A stretch of 64,000 bases of DNA from Poseidonia sp. (GCA_965661285.1 CBFIDD010000002.1:288001-352000), one strand, 5' to 3'; shown: positions 10,492 through 20,659, numbered from the stretch's first letter. The notes: generated by a model not told the origin, from the sequence alone. A program made the numbers and translations.

Positions 10492-11556
10492 TCACGGCGA
10501 ATGCTCAATTTTTTCAGAGGTGTAGTGCCCACCTGATTTGAGTTCGACGCCATCCCCAATGACACAGTGCACGACGGTGCAATTGGGCGGCACCACGACG
10601 CCCACGCCGAGAACCGATTCTTCAATTCTAGAACCCTGTCCAACCTCGCACTCCCGCATCAACAGGGCGTTTTCAATCTCAGCTCCTGCTGAGATGTCAC
10701 ATGACGGACCAACGACCGAGTGCGAAACCGCACCCTCGCAGTTGGCGCTTTTGGCCATGAGCACGTCACCGTCTCGAACATACTGCTCAGGATAGGTGTA
10801 GGGAAGTTCATCATAGCGCTCCATGAGCGTAGATTGTGCTTTGATGAGTTCAAAGGGATGGCCGACATCAAACCAAACGCCATCGATGGTTTGAGCATAC
10901 ATTGGCCAGCCGAGTTCAAGCAATATTGGAAAGAGTTGCTTGCTAAAATCAAATTTTTCACCGGGTGGAATGTGTTCAAACACCTCTGGCTCGAGAATGT
11001 ACAGTCCTGCATTGATCACGTTGCTGAAGGCTTCTTCCGGCGCCGGTTTTTCCAAAAAACGTCGAATGTACCCCTCACGAAGTTCCCCGTCCACCTCACC
11101 ATCGGCGTGCCCAGCCAAGCCGACGATTCCGAACTCCGAGGGGTTGTCAACCTCCCATAACGCCATCGTGACCTTCGCCTTGTGCTCCCGGTGAGCAGCG
11201 AGTAACGAGGCGATGTCAAACGACGCAACCGCATCACCGGAACCCACCACACACGTCGAGTGGATGTGCTCACGAAGAAGGCCAACACTTCCGGCAGTAC
11301 CCATTGGTGAAGTCTCTTGATTGATTCTTGCTTGGACGAGGCCGGAAGGGTCGGACCAGGAAGCGACGTGAGATTGAAGTTGCTCACCACGATAACCCGT
11401 GGTAACGACAATGTTGGTGATGCCCGCATCGAGCATGGCGTCTTTGACGTAGTCGATCACAGGCCGTCCAAGCACCTCAACCATCGGTTTGGGACGCGTC
11501 GCCGTCAGCGGCATCAAACGAGAGCCTTGACCCCCGGCCATGATGATGCCCAACAT
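10492..11556 (-). CDS. NDP-sugar synthase / mannose-1-phosphate guanylyltransferase family
   Basis: IMAGGQGSRLMPLT..PKPMV, GTAG, FLEKP and WFDVG motifs; C-terminal left-handed beta-helix. Confidence 0.92.
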   Translation of the reverse strand: MLGIIMAGGQGSRLMPLTATRPKPMVEVLGRPVIDYVKDAMLDAGITNIVVTTGYRGEQLQSHVASWSDPSGLVQARINQETSPMGTAGSVGLLREHIHSTCVVGSGDAVASFDIASLLAAHREHKAKVTMALWEVDNPSEFGIVGLAGHADGEVDGELREGYIRRFLEKPAPEEAFSNVINAGLYILEPEVFEHIPPGEKFDFSKQLFPILLELGWPMYAQTIDGVWFDVGHPFELIKAQSTLMERYDELPYTYPEQYVRDGDVLMAKSANCEGAVSHSVVGPSCDISAGAEIENALLMRECEVGQGSRIEESVLGVGVVVPPNCTVVHCVIGDGVELKSGGHYTSEKIEHSP

Positions 11557-11565
11557 TGCAGGACC

Positions 11566-12582
11566 TCAACGTCGTCGGATTGGACCCATGCGTCGCATGT
11601 TCTTTTTCTTGGAGGACGAAGAATTTCGCTTCTTCGTTTTGGCACCGTCGTCTTTACCGACGCCACCGAAGACGAGTTCGCCCTCTGAGAGCAAAGATTG
11701 GACGAGCATGTCAGCCACTTCATCGGACTCTGCTCCCGTTTTCATTTCGGCCTTCACGGCCTTGTTGTGGTCGGTGATCCAGGATTCACGTTCTTGGCGC
11801 GCCATGTTCAATTCATCCCGTGCCTTGTTCACGTTGACCATCATCTCCTCAATTTTCTCGTGAACGCCGTTGGCCTTCTCGTGGAATTCAACAGATTCGT
11901 TGTGATGGCGGTCACCTTCGGATTTCAAGAAATTGCGGTGATCCAAGCCTTCTTTGTACTCTGCCCATTTCTCATCAGCCCGCTTCAAGGCATCAACGAA
12001 CAGATTGTGGGCATCATCGGATTCGGCCTTGAGCGTCGCAATCGCTTCGTCGAGGTTGCTCAAATCAACGGAGACCATCTCGAATTTGGCCACTTCGGGC
12101 TCCAATTCGTCGGCTCTTCGCTTCATGCGCTTGATTTGCTCCATGGTTTCCTTTTCCTTCTTCGCACTGGAAGACGTGGTTTGGAATTTCTCCTCGAGCG
12201 TATTGATTTGACTGACGAGGTGCGAGTATTCTGCCGTTGCAGACTTTTTCTCCCCGTGCTCGCCTCGGCGACCTTTGACTTGGGCAAAGAGATCCCTCAA
12301 CTGCTGGTTAATGGCATCTCGCTTGGCTTTGTGGGCGTTGCGTTCGGCATGAATAGCGTCCAATTCCGCCTTCATGAGGTCGAGCTTTTCTCGGTGCTCT
12401 TTGTATTGGTCTTGGACCGCATTGCGCTTTTGCGCCATGGCGCGTCCTTGGTCGCGCAGGTTGTTTCGTGTTTCTCGCAGCCGACGAACCTTGGCCTCCA
12501 TGTCCCTCAATTCGGACAATTTGTCCGCATCCGGATTCTTTTCGCCATCCTTGGGCATCCCGCGCATGTCATCGTCCACCAC
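11566..12582 (-). CDS. Archaeal coiled-coil protein (COG1340-like)
   Basis: Long charged heptad pattern, LEEKFQT...KEKETMEQIK, similar in layout to 19722..20597. Confidence 0.75.
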   Translation of the reverse strand: MVDDDMRGMPKDGEKNPDADKLSELRDMEAKVRRLRETRNNLRDQGRAMAQKRNAVQDQYKEHREKLDLMKAELDAIHAERNAHKAKRDAINQQLRDLFAQVKGRRGEHGEKKSATAEYSHLVSQINTLEEKFQTTSSSAKKEKETMEQIKRMKRRADELEPEVAKFEMVSVDLSNLDEAIATLKAESDDAHNLFVDALKRADEKWAEYKEGLDHRNFLKSEGDRHHNESVEFHEKANGVHEKIEEMMVNVNKARDELNMARQERESWITDHNKAVKAEMKTGAESDEVADMLVQSLLSEGELVFGGVGKDDGAKTKKRNSSSSKKKNMRRMGPIRRR

Positions 12583-12622
12583 CTACACCATTTCAAGGCT
12601 GTGGCTGAGCGAATGTCTCGTT

Positions 12623-14152
12623 TTACGAGGTAAAACCAGCAAGGAGTTCAAGGAGCATAAAAATTGCAGCCGATACCAGACCCAGACCTCCGAAAAGATA
12701 GGACACGTAGGTGGACGTGCTTCTCAACCACTGTCGGAATTCTGCTCGCACCCGAACATTGATCTGTCGCCCGAGGAGAAGTTCGCCGTTGGTCTCTTCC
12801 AAGCGGACCGAGACGGTGGCGTCTCCGGAGCTTATTGGAATCAAGGTTTGCCACGAGACGGTGCTGTCTTTGAGAAGACCCGACATCTTCCCCAAAACAT
12901 CGTCATTGCCTTCCGCAGCAAGCGGAAGGGCTTCAGAAGACCACCAGTACTTTTCTCCGGGTTCCAATCGGTAGGTCAACGCCAAATCTTTCGGTTCAAA
13001 ATTGGGCGTTTGTACGCGGAAAACGACGGTTCTAGTTTTGTCCGACAAATTGTGGAACAGCGTGAATAAATTGGCCTTATCGGTCACGACGTTTTCCATG
13101 TCGACCTCAAAAATAAGGTCGGACATGGCCGGTTTTTTCCCGCTTTCGATGTCCTGCTTAAGTCGGTCGACCATACGGAAAAACGCTGGACAGCGCTGGT
13201 TGATGATGCCAAGTAAAACCAACCACGCCTCGAGGGTGAAGGTTTCGTTCTCAAACACGTGCGCCATCCCTTTTTTCGTCAGAATTTCTGCCATCTCCAA
13301 CTCCAGCGTTTTTCGGTCGAGGCCCGTGGCGTGACGGTACAGTGTCATGAGGAATTTTTCATGCGCAAAGTGACGGTCGATCCCTCGTTTGAAACACCCC
13401 TCCAGGACCGTCGTGTATTCGTCGTACTGAGAGCGAAGCAATGGGTCCATGTGGGTTTTGATAAGGTCGCTAAACACCATGTTCAATGTCGACGGGTGAA
13501 CCGGGGGCGTGTAAGCGGGGAGCAAGCCGGTTTGCTCCACCATGTTGAACGGCGTGGAGCGGGTCGGGAGGTGTTGACCAAAGGAGAGGAGCAGAAACGA
13601 GGCCGAGGTCAACAAAAACAGGTTGCCAAAATTGCTTCCGGGCCCGTACCAAAATACACCAAGGAGCATCATGGCAGCGCCGATGGAGAACAGCAGGGAT
13701 TTGGTGTGGTGGCTCATGGCCCTCTCGAGCTGATACAGCAACCCGTCATACCCGTGCAAGGACTGAACCGAGCGATGCTCTACGTTTGAGGCATCAACCT
13801 GTCCATGAAACGTGGAGAGCGAAATGGCAACCCGATAACGGTGAAAACCGACCGCAAGGATGTAACCGAGGACCACGACAAACGAGAGACTGGCGGTGAA
13901 GGTAGCGAAATCCATACCGAGATTGGGTTCAATGTTGTTCTGCCAAAAGGTCGGAGAGGATTGGGAAAAGGCCCAGGTGGCGAAATACATCACCGCACCA
14001 AAGGCTGGCAGGAACATGATGAGCCGAAGGCCAGAACTCACGATTTGCCTGTCAATGGCGTGAACGATGGATTCCGAAAGCCGAAAGCCGAAAGCGTTCT
14101 CCGTTGGAAGTGGTTCCTCTCCATCGGGGACGGAGACCCCTTCTTCTGCCAT
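12623..14152 (-). CDS. Hypothetical membrane protein
   Basis: About 510-aa ORF with several TM helices at the N-terminus and one at the C-terminus. Confidence 0.75.
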   Translation of the reverse strand: MAEEGVSVPDGEEPLPTENAFGFRLSESIVHAIDRQIVSSGLRLIMFLPAFGAVMYFATWAFSQSSPTFWQNNIEPNLGMDFATFTASLSFVVVLGYILAVGFHRYRVAISLSTFHGQVDASNVEHRSVQSLHGYDGLLYQLERAMSHHTKSLLFSIGAAMMLLGVFWYGPGSNFGNLFLLTSASFLLLSFGQHLPTRSTPFNMVEQTGLLPAYTPPVHPSTLNMVFSDLIKTHMDPLLRSQYDEYTTVLEGCFKRGIDRHFAHEKFLMTLYRHATGLDRKTLELEMAEILTKKGMAHVFENETFTLEAWLVLLGIINQRCPAFFRMVDRLKQDIESGKKPAMSDLIFEVDMENVVTDKANLFTLFHNLSDKTRTVVFRVQTPNFEPKDLALTYRLEPGEKYWWSSEALPLAAEGNDDVLGKMSGLLKDSTVSWQTLIPISSGDATVSVRLEETNGELLLGRQINVRVRAEFRQWLRSTSTYVSYLFGGLGLVSAAIFMLLELLAGFTS

Positions 14153-14184
14153 GTTTGTTGAGAACGAGCCCTGTTCAAAAGTGT

Positions 14185-14853
14185 TCACGCCGTTTTTACG
14201 TCGACATCAACGAAAATACACCTCAGCCAATCCTCGGTTAAAGCGGCATGTTGGCCGGCGTGGGTGAAGGAGGTAGGTCCCGTGCGGACAACCGACGACC
14301 CCACAATAAAACCAGCATGATTCAAGGCAGCAGCGGCGTCGCTTGGCAGGAACATCGCACGAATGGTCGCCGGCGTGTTGTGGTCAAGATGGTTGAGCGA
14401 CACCAAGGAAGGGAGCGACGATAATCGAAAGGCGATATCGGGCGTCGGGTCGGGGATGGTTCGCCCGCTTGGGTCTTTGGTGTCCTCTGTGATGAGGCGG
14501 GAGAGCGCCACCTCCATGTCGTCGTCAATGGCGTGCTCAAGTCGGCAAGCGGTTTCGTGGTCGTTGCCTTCGTAGGGAAGAATTGAGAGGAGAATTTCTG
14601 CCAGTCGATGCCGGCGTTTCATTTTCTGGCCGTGGATGAGCCCGGTTTCCGTCAATCGCACGCCCTTGTATGGAATGTATTCGAGATAGCCTCGGGAAGC
14701 AAGGCGTTGAACCATTTCCGTTGCGGAGGCAGGACTCACCTCGAGTTTGGAAGCCAAGTCACCGGTGCGGACCATCGCTCCTGGTTCGTCTTCATGGAAT
14801 TCGTACATCATCTCGAGGTATTCATCTTCAAATTCTTGGAAATGACCGACCAT
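14185..14853 (-). CDS. DtxR/MntR-family metal-dependent transcriptional regulator
   Basis: EDEYLEMMY, LEVSPASATEMVQRL, YIPYKGVRLT, RRHRLAE and ACRLEHAI motifs. Confidence 0.93.
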   Translation of the reverse strand: MVGHFQEFEDEYLEMMYEFHEDEPGAMVRTGDLASKLEVSPASATEMVQRLASRGYLEYIPYKGVRLTETGLIHGQKMKRRHRLAEILLSILPYEGNDHETACRLEHAIDDDMEVALSRLITEDTKDPSGRTIPDPTPDIAFRLSSLPSLVSLNHLDHNTPATIRAMFLPSDAAAALNHAGFIVGSSVVRTGPTSFTHAGQHAALTEDWLRCIFVDVDVKTA

Positions 14854-14873
14854 CACGACCGCCTCGTTGCTGT

Positions 14874-17396
14874 TTACTTGCCCTCGTGTGATTTGAATAT
14901 TTTCTTGCAGGCGGGGCAACGCACAGAACCCTCGTAAGAGGAGGGAATGCGAAGCGATTGAGAACAATCCGGACACGAAATCTCAATTTTTTCATTCACC
15001 GGTGCCTCGGTAGAGGGCTGAACTTCAACCTCAAGATCCTCGTTCTCCTCGGTATCTGGCTCAGCATGTGGAACCGCCTCGACGGCAAATTTGTGTGAGC
15101 AATCCGGACATCCCACCGAGCCCGAGTACGCCACCGGAACACGAAGTCGGCGGTTGCACTCAGGGCAGCCAACCTCTCGTTTCTCTTTGGAGCTCACGGG
15201 CTGACTCGTGCCCGGCTTGGATTCAGTCGTACTCGGAGAAGAAGGCGTGGCTTTTGACCGCTCGTTGTCCTTTCGTGCCCGCAAGCGCAAGACGAGTGAG
15301 ATGCCAGCGCCGAGCCCGAGACCCCAAAGAATTGCTCCGATTGGCCACTCGGTGTTGGACTCAACGACCGGTTCCCCCGACACATAGGTTGTTTCTGCTG
15401 AAACAACGGTGGCGTCAACGTGCCACAAGGCTTGAATCGCAACATTACTCCCTTCCGGCCAAACCAGCGACACGTCCAAGGCGGTCATGGACGGGTCGGA
15501 CCAACTTGGGGAATTCACGTTCGCAAGACGTGTACCGTACGCGTCGAGGAGCCACACTTCACCTTGTGCGTCAAGTATGGGTCCGGACTGATGGAACGTG
15601 ATTCGAACAGTGGTATCATCGCCCTCGATGGGGCGGATGGGGGTTGTTGTGGGGGAAAATTCCATCCAGAACTGCGTCGTATGGTCGGGCAAGGAAGCGG
15701 TGGTCGCCAGAGGGCCTGGGCCAATCAACCAGCCAACGGGTGAGACTTGAGCGACAAGGCGGTCGGCTTCGATATCGCCAAACACCATCGCCAACTCGAG
15801 CCTTCCTTGTTGAAGAAGGAGATTGTTTTCTTGGAGATAAACGGTGGCGCCACCGGTTTCATACCCTACCTGAACCAGCACCTCGCGGTCCTTCCCCGAT
15901 GTTAGCTCGACATGAAGCGCCAGGGAAAGGTCTCCCTCGTCGGTACGGTTGACATTCGAAAACTCGAGATGCACCGATTGTTGCTGGCGGACGACGAGGG
16001 TGGTGGTCCCGTCATCTGCGCCAGTGACAATGCCGTCGTCGCTTTCAAGCATCCATGCGAGATCAGCCTCTCCCGAGGCAAGAAATTGCAGTGAGGCTGA
16101 GACTTCGCCAGCAGCGCCTTGTCCGAGCGTGACCCATTCGCCTTGGGAACTCGATGTGCCGACCGAAAGGACCAGGCGTACGCGCCCTTCGAGGTCGCCG
16201 ATGTTTCGAAGGAGAAGATTGGCATCCACATGGTCGCCCTTGTGCCAAGGCCCACCTGTGAAGGAAGGTGTCGAGGCCCCTGCTGCTTCAAAGACAGCCG
16301 AAGGCATGTCCACATTCAAAAGAAGAGGCAGGGAAGATTCAGCAGCGATACGCGTCCCCGCTGCATCGCATCGAAGCGACAAGGGTTTGGCTGTCATCGT
16401 AAACGACCAGGTCTGATTGGAAGAGGCCATCAAGTCGGTGGCTGTGGTGTTGAACACCTCTGCACCGTCTGCGGTACAACCGATTGTGCCGGAAAATCCG
16501 ACCGTGCCGTTGTTCCAAATAGAAAGTGAAACGGTCAATTCCTGCCCCGCCGTGACGGTTTCTGCGTCCGAATCAAGCAGGCCTAAAAGAAGAGGCAAGG
16601 GCGGGGCGTCGACGGCCCACGTGCCGTTGAGCGCATGGGTCCCGGGTTGGCTTGCGCTGGTGTTTGTCAAATTGATTTGCCAATCCAGAGTACCTTCGGA
16701 AAGCACCATCACGGGCGATAAGGTGACCACGACCGAAGAAGAAGCACCTACGGAGATGTTTTCTTGAATCACAGACTCGTTGCTACCGTCGTTGGAGAGC
16801 GAGAGTTGAACGCCTCCCGACCAATTCACGTCACCGTTGTTGATGATGGGGAACACAACCTCCACACGGTCACCGTCATGGAGGGTCAGGTTTCCAGTTG
16901 CTTGGCCGACCGCATCAAGGGGGTTGGCCTGCACGCTTGAAAGGCCGCCGAGCGTGACTGCCAGAGGCCGAAGTCGCTGAACCGTCCGCGTCAACACGAC
17001 GTGATGCGAGCTCGTATTCGAGCCAACATCGCCGTCCAACCAAATGGAGACCGTACTGAATCCGAGGGGGAGACCGACAAATGTGCCCGAGACATTGCGT
17101 TGTTCCAGCCCCTGAAATTCACCGAGGGTTTGCGTGGTGTTCGAGAGGACTGCCCCCTCGAGCGTTTCGACCACGAGGTAGAGGCTAACGTTCGCTGCCG
17201 AACCGCTTTGCTCGTGGAGTTCAACCGAAAAGGCGAGGTCCTCGTCTTCAAACGTAGCGTAATCAGCAATACTGAAGGATGCGGCGTCGAAAAGAACCTC
17301 CCCCGCTTGGGCTTGGACGGTTGGAACAAGAGAGAAACCGAACAGCATCACAAGAAAGAGGCAGATGCCCTGTTGTGAGCGGCGTTCGCCCTCCAT
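14874..17396 (-). CDS. Large membrane-anchored protein with Ig/CARDB-like extracellular domains and cytoplasmic tandem zinc ribbons
   Basis: Signal peptide, beta-rich repeats (NxG motifs), TM helix, then CPECNRRLRVP...CPDC and CPDCSQSLRIP...CPAC. Confidence 0.78.
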   Translation of the reverse strand: MEGERRSQQGICLFLVMLFGFSLVPTVQAQAGEVLFDAASFSIADYATFEDEDLAFSVELHEQSGSAANVSLYLVVETLEGAVLSNTTQTLGEFQGLEQRNVSGTFVGLPLGFSTVSIWLDGDVGSNTSSHHVVLTRTVQRLRPLAVTLGGLSSVQANPLDAVGQATGNLTLHDGDRVEVVFPIINNGDVNWSGGVQLSLSNDGSNESVIQENISVGASSSVVVTLSPVMVLSEGTLDWQINLTNTSASQPGTHALNGTWAVDAPPLPLLLGLLDSDAETVTAGQELTVSLSIWNNGTVGFSGTIGCTADGAEVFNTTATDLMASSNQTWSFTMTAKPLSLRCDAAGTRIAAESSLPLLLNVDMPSAVFEAAGASTPSFTGGPWHKGDHVDANLLLRNIGDLEGRVRLVLSVGTSSSQGEWVTLGQGAAGEVSASLQFLASGEADLAWMLESDDGIVTGADDGTTTLVVRQQQSVHLEFSNVNRTDEGDLSLALHVELTSGKDREVLVQVGYETGGATVYLQENNLLLQQGRLELAMVFGDIEADRLVAQVSPVGWLIGPGPLATTASLPDHTTQFWMEFSPTTTPIRPIEGDDTTVRITFHQSGPILDAQGEVWLLDAYGTRLANVNSPSWSDPSMTALDVSLVWPEGSNVAIQALWHVDATVVSAETTYVSGEPVVESNTEWPIGAILWGLGLGAGISLVLRLRARKDNERSKATPSSPSTTESKPGTSQPVSSKEKREVGCPECNRRLRVPVAYSGSVGCPDCSHKFAVEAVPHAEPDTEENEDLEVEVQPSTEAPVNEKIEISCPDCSQSLRIPSSYEGSVRCPACKKIFKSHEGK

Positions 17397-17487
17397 GGTG
17401 AGGCGTGAATCCCGTGGTTCTTCACCTTCGCGCCGTTAGACAGTCATTGCGGTTGTTTCTTTTACGTTGAACCGTTCCCCAAAATCC

Positions 17488-17925
17488 ATGCAGGCACAGG
17501 AGATGTTGTCGGTCGTGCCTGCAGACCTCGTCAGGACCGTCCTGGAACAGCGACGAGCGGTGGCTCAACGCCTTCCCGAAGAACTTGAGCGCCGGCAAGA
17601 GGAAAACGACCGTGCCTTCAAACTGGCAAGATCTTCACGGAAACACCTCCATGACCTCCAAGCCGCAGGCGAGGAAGGGAAACCCCTTGTGGACGCCCAA
17701 CACACCTACGACGAGCACGAACAATTCCGAAGGCGAGCGTCTTCACGACTCCAAACGGTCAAGAACAACATCAACGATAGCAACGAGGCGATCGAATTTT
17801 GGGAGCGAATCTCCCAAGGCGAGTGGGGCCACCTTCTCGAGGACGCTGAGCGCGTACGCAGCGGAGGCAAGTCGAGTTATTCCCAAGCAAAAACCCGCAA
17901 CACGACACGGGGGGACAGCGCTTGA
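17488..17925 (+). CDS. Hypothetical helical protein
   Basis: ORF whose stop overlaps the next start; operon-like arrangement. Confidence 0.7.
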   Translation: MQAQEMLSVVPADLVRTVLEQRRAVAQRLPEELERRQEENDRAFKLARSSRKHLHDLQAAGEEGKPLVDAQHTYDEHEQFRRRASSRLQTVKNNINDSNEAIEFWERISQGEWGHLLEDAERVRSGGKSSYSQAKTRNTTRGDSA

Positions 17926-18779
17926 GTTCAAACGGCTCGTCGCTCTTTTCGGATTTAAGTGGCAAAGATCTCGCCGAAGTTGAACGGATGTACCAGGATG
18001 CCTTGACCGACCTCGCCACAACGGAGGAAAAACTGGTCGACCTCTACCAAAACAAAAAACTCCATTCGGAGGCCATCAAATTCGCCGTGAGCAAATCGTC
18101 CACACCGCCGAAGCCTCGGGACGGTTCGACGAACGAACTGGTTGAACTTGCCGTGGAACAGAAAGAAACCTTTGCTGCCTGTATCGAACGCCGAGATGCA
18201 CTGGTTGAGCGACTCTCGGTTCCCCGTCATCGTGTCGTCCACGCCATGAGCGAGTTTCATGAAAAACTGACCGCCCCACGCTCGCCCACAGCATCGTTGA
18301 GTTTAGCCAACGAAATGGAGTACTTCTCGCGATTTTTTGAGCTTCAGGCGATGTTGGAAATATACGACGAGGAACGCGACTTGCAGAGCAAGCTCCACCG
18401 TGCGAGAGCCAACCTCCTCGAGACCGTCAAGGCCGTCAACAAGAACGACAGGCGATTGGCGCAACGCATCAACCAATATCGCTCAACAGCCAAAAAACAA
18501 CGCATTGAGGCAGGGAGACTGAAGGCTTTCTTGGAGAAAAGCAACGCCTCTGCCGTCGCACCGGTGCCCGAGCCGAGCCCTGAAATGAATCAGCGGCTGT
18601 TGGCCGGCGAAGCGTTGACCATGGAAGAATTTGCATCGATGCTCGAGCACGGTGGTCTGACCGACCTTGACAACACCACTGCGGCGCCATCAAAGCCCAA
18701 AACGAGAAAGAAGCAGGCCACGCGTTCTGCGAAACCTCGACGAGGCCAGCGGCAAACCTCACCACGAAGGAGAGATTGA
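17922..18779 (+). CDS. Coiled-coil protein (distant COG1340-like)
   Basis: Coiled-coil composition; RLLAGEALTMEEF resembles KLLAGETLSTEEL of 19722..20597. Confidence 0.7.
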   Translation: MSSNGSSLFSDLSGKDLAEVERMYQDALTDLATTEEKLVDLYQNKKLHSEAIKFAVSKSSTPPKPRDGSTNELVELAVEQKETFAACIERRDALVERLSVPRHRVVHAMSEFHEKLTAPRSPTASLSLANEMEYFSRFFELQAMLEIYDEERDLQSKLHRARANLLETVKAVNKNDRRLAQRINQYRSTAKKQRIEAGRLKAFLEKSNASAVAPVPEPSPEMNQRLLAGEALTMEEFASMLEHGGLTDLDNTTAAPSKPKTRKKQATRSAKPRRGQRQTSPRRRD

Positions 18780-19273
18780 TCGGCATGCCGAGAATGGCTT
18801 GGATTCCCGGTGAGCGCCCCTTGGACCTGCCAGCGAAGAACGTTGACGACGTGATTGAACTCTTTCTCAACGAGACGGGGGAACACTATGCAGAAGCTTC
18901 CGTGCGACATTTACCCATTCCTATTTGGGACGCCAACCTCCTGCTGGTTGACCTCGATGAAAAACCACCACGTACGGTGCAGGGCGTCTTGTGGGCCACG
19001 CCGTTCAAGGACTCGATCGTCAGAGTGGCTGCCTTCGTCATTGGGACCGAACACCAAGACCGAACCTTGGGCACCCAGGCGTGGGACCGTTTTTGCCGTG
19101 AAGCATGGTCCAAAGGCTTCCGACATGTCCAGCTCGAGGTGAAAGCCGACAACCTCGGAGCGCAGCGTTTCTACCAACGAAGGGGACTTGCCATCCAACA
19201 GGAACTGCACGGCTATTACAAGTCGGGACTCGGCTACATGATGCGTGGACCCCTCCACCTGCCAGAGACTTGA
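18776..19273 (+). CDS. GNAT-family (RimI-like) N-acetyltransferase
   Basis: HQDRTLGT (motif A variant), LEVKADNLGAQRFY and GYY. Confidence 0.85.
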   Translation: MIGMPRMAWIPGERPLDLPAKNVDDVIELFLNETGEHYAEASVRHLPIPIWDANLLLVDLDEKPPRTVQGVLWATPFKDSIVRVAAFVIGTEHQDRTLGTQAWDRFCREAWSKGFRHVQLEVKADNLGAQRFYQRRGLAIQQELHGYYKSGLGYMMRGPLHLPET

Positions 19274-19307
19274 GAAGGACTATTCACCGAGGCGAAAAAG
19301 GAACACT

Positions 19308-19610
19308 ATGATTGAGGCCATGCTCAGAGGCTTGACCGAACTTGAAGGCGTCCGAGCCGTGGTTCTGGTTGAGGACGACGGGTTCGTTGTCCATTCTTAT
19401 CCTACACCCCACGCCCTTGAGCCGTCAACTGTTGAGGCGTGGCTTCACCTGGTGAGCGAAACACCGAAGGATGCCCTCACAACCGTGGTCACGGAAAGGG
19501 GGTACGTGGTGTTCACGTTCATTGAACGCCGTATTTTGATAACGGTTTGCGAGCGTTCTTCCAATTTAGGCAAGGTGCGTTCTGTCCTCCACGACATCAA
19601 CCCACCATGA
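19308..19610 (+). CDS. Roadblock/LC7 domain protein
   Basis: LTELEGVRAVVLVEDDGFVV...SNLGKVR; about 100 aa. Confidence 0.65.
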   Translation: MIEAMLRGLTELEGVRAVVLVEDDGFVVHSYPTPHALEPSTVEAWLHLVSETPKDALTTVVTERGYVVFTFIERRILITVCERSSNLGKVRSVLHDINPP

Positions 19611-19651
19611 CAAACCTGAACTGAAGAGGCACAGCGCTCACCCGTGAAGGA

Positions 19652-19713
19652 TTAAATGGGGGTGGTTGGTCGCCAACTTGCGGGAGGGTGGGAACCCTCC
19701 CCAGACCAGGTGA
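19652..19713 (+). promoter_or_regulatory. Putative promoter and structured 5' leader of the coiled-coil gene
   Basis: TTAAAT box, 30-bp element shared with the rps3ae upstream region, perfect 8-bp stem GGGAGGGT-GGGA-ACCCTCCC (19682-19701), then SD-like AGGTGA. Confidence 0.55.
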
Positions 19714-19721
19714 GATGAAGA

Positions 19722-20597
19722 ATGGCAGAACTCAAAGATCTTCTTGACGAGCGACGAAAGATGGTTGACAAAAAAGCAACGCAACATCGCGAAATTCGAG
19801 ACGATTGGAACGAGAAAACCAAGACCTTCACCGCCACCCGAAACGAACTCAACAACGAAGTGCGTGAACTCATCGTTCAAGTTCGCGAGCAACGCGACCT
19901 GCGAGACCAGATGAACGAAATGGTTCGAGAGAAGAAAAAAGAGCGCGATGAGGCAAACCAATCGGTCCGTGAGGCGAAAGAGGCCCTGCATGCCGGCCAA
20001 CCCGAGCAACCACAGGAATTCGACCGACGTGGACGACCGATTCGCCCCGATACCGTTCAATCCTTGACCCGGACCATGGACCGCTTGGAACGTGAATTTG
20101 AGCAGGGAAAGCATCAAGGAAAGAACGAGCGAAAATACTTCAAGAAAATGAAGGAATTGAGCGCCAAGCGAAAAGCCTTGAAGGAAGCCCAAAAAGCGAC
20201 TGAAAATGCTGAAGGAAGCGGCGAATTGCGTGCTGCCATGGCCCTCCAAGAGGCCGCTCACAACGCCGTGAAGGAAGCGGCGGAAGCAGCGCAAAGCGCC
20301 CACGATAACATGCTGCAGTGGAACGCAGAAGTTGACCGTCAGCGCGAAAAAGCAGAAGCTGCACACCGAAAACTCCGAACGTCAAAGAAAGAGGCCGACA
20401 AGGAACACAGCCTGTACATCGTTTCACTTCGTTGCCTGCACTCCATCCAGGACATCCTTCGTGCCATGCGAGGCGCAAGCGCAGGCGCAGGCCAGCGACC
20501 AGCGGCCAGCGACCAAACGCAGGACCTCATGGCCAAGTTGCTCGCTGGTGAAACGCTGTCCACCGAGGAGTTGATGCAACTTCAACGGTTTGACTGA
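19722..20597 (+). CDS. Archaeal coiled-coil protein (COG1340-like)
   Basis: RNELNNEVRELI...RDQMNEMV; C-terminal KLLAGETLSTEELMQLQ. Confidence 0.8.
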   Translation: MAELKDLLDERRKMVDKKATQHREIRDDWNEKTKTFTATRNELNNEVRELIVQVREQRDLRDQMNEMVREKKKERDEANQSVREAKEALHAGQPEQPQEFDRRGRPIRPDTVQSLTRTMDRLEREFEQGKHQGKNERKYFKKMKELSAKRKALKEAQKATENAEGSGELRAAMALQEAAHNAVKEAAEAAQSAHDNMLQWNAEVDRQREKAEAAHRKLRTSKKEADKEHSLYIVSLRCLHSIQDILRAMRGASAGAGQRPAASDQTQDLMAKLLAGETLSTEELMQLQRFD

Positions 20598-20659
20598 AAA
20601 TAAACCGTGCGGATACATCAAAAACCTCCGAGCATGAAGGCAGGACGGACGTGGTTTGA

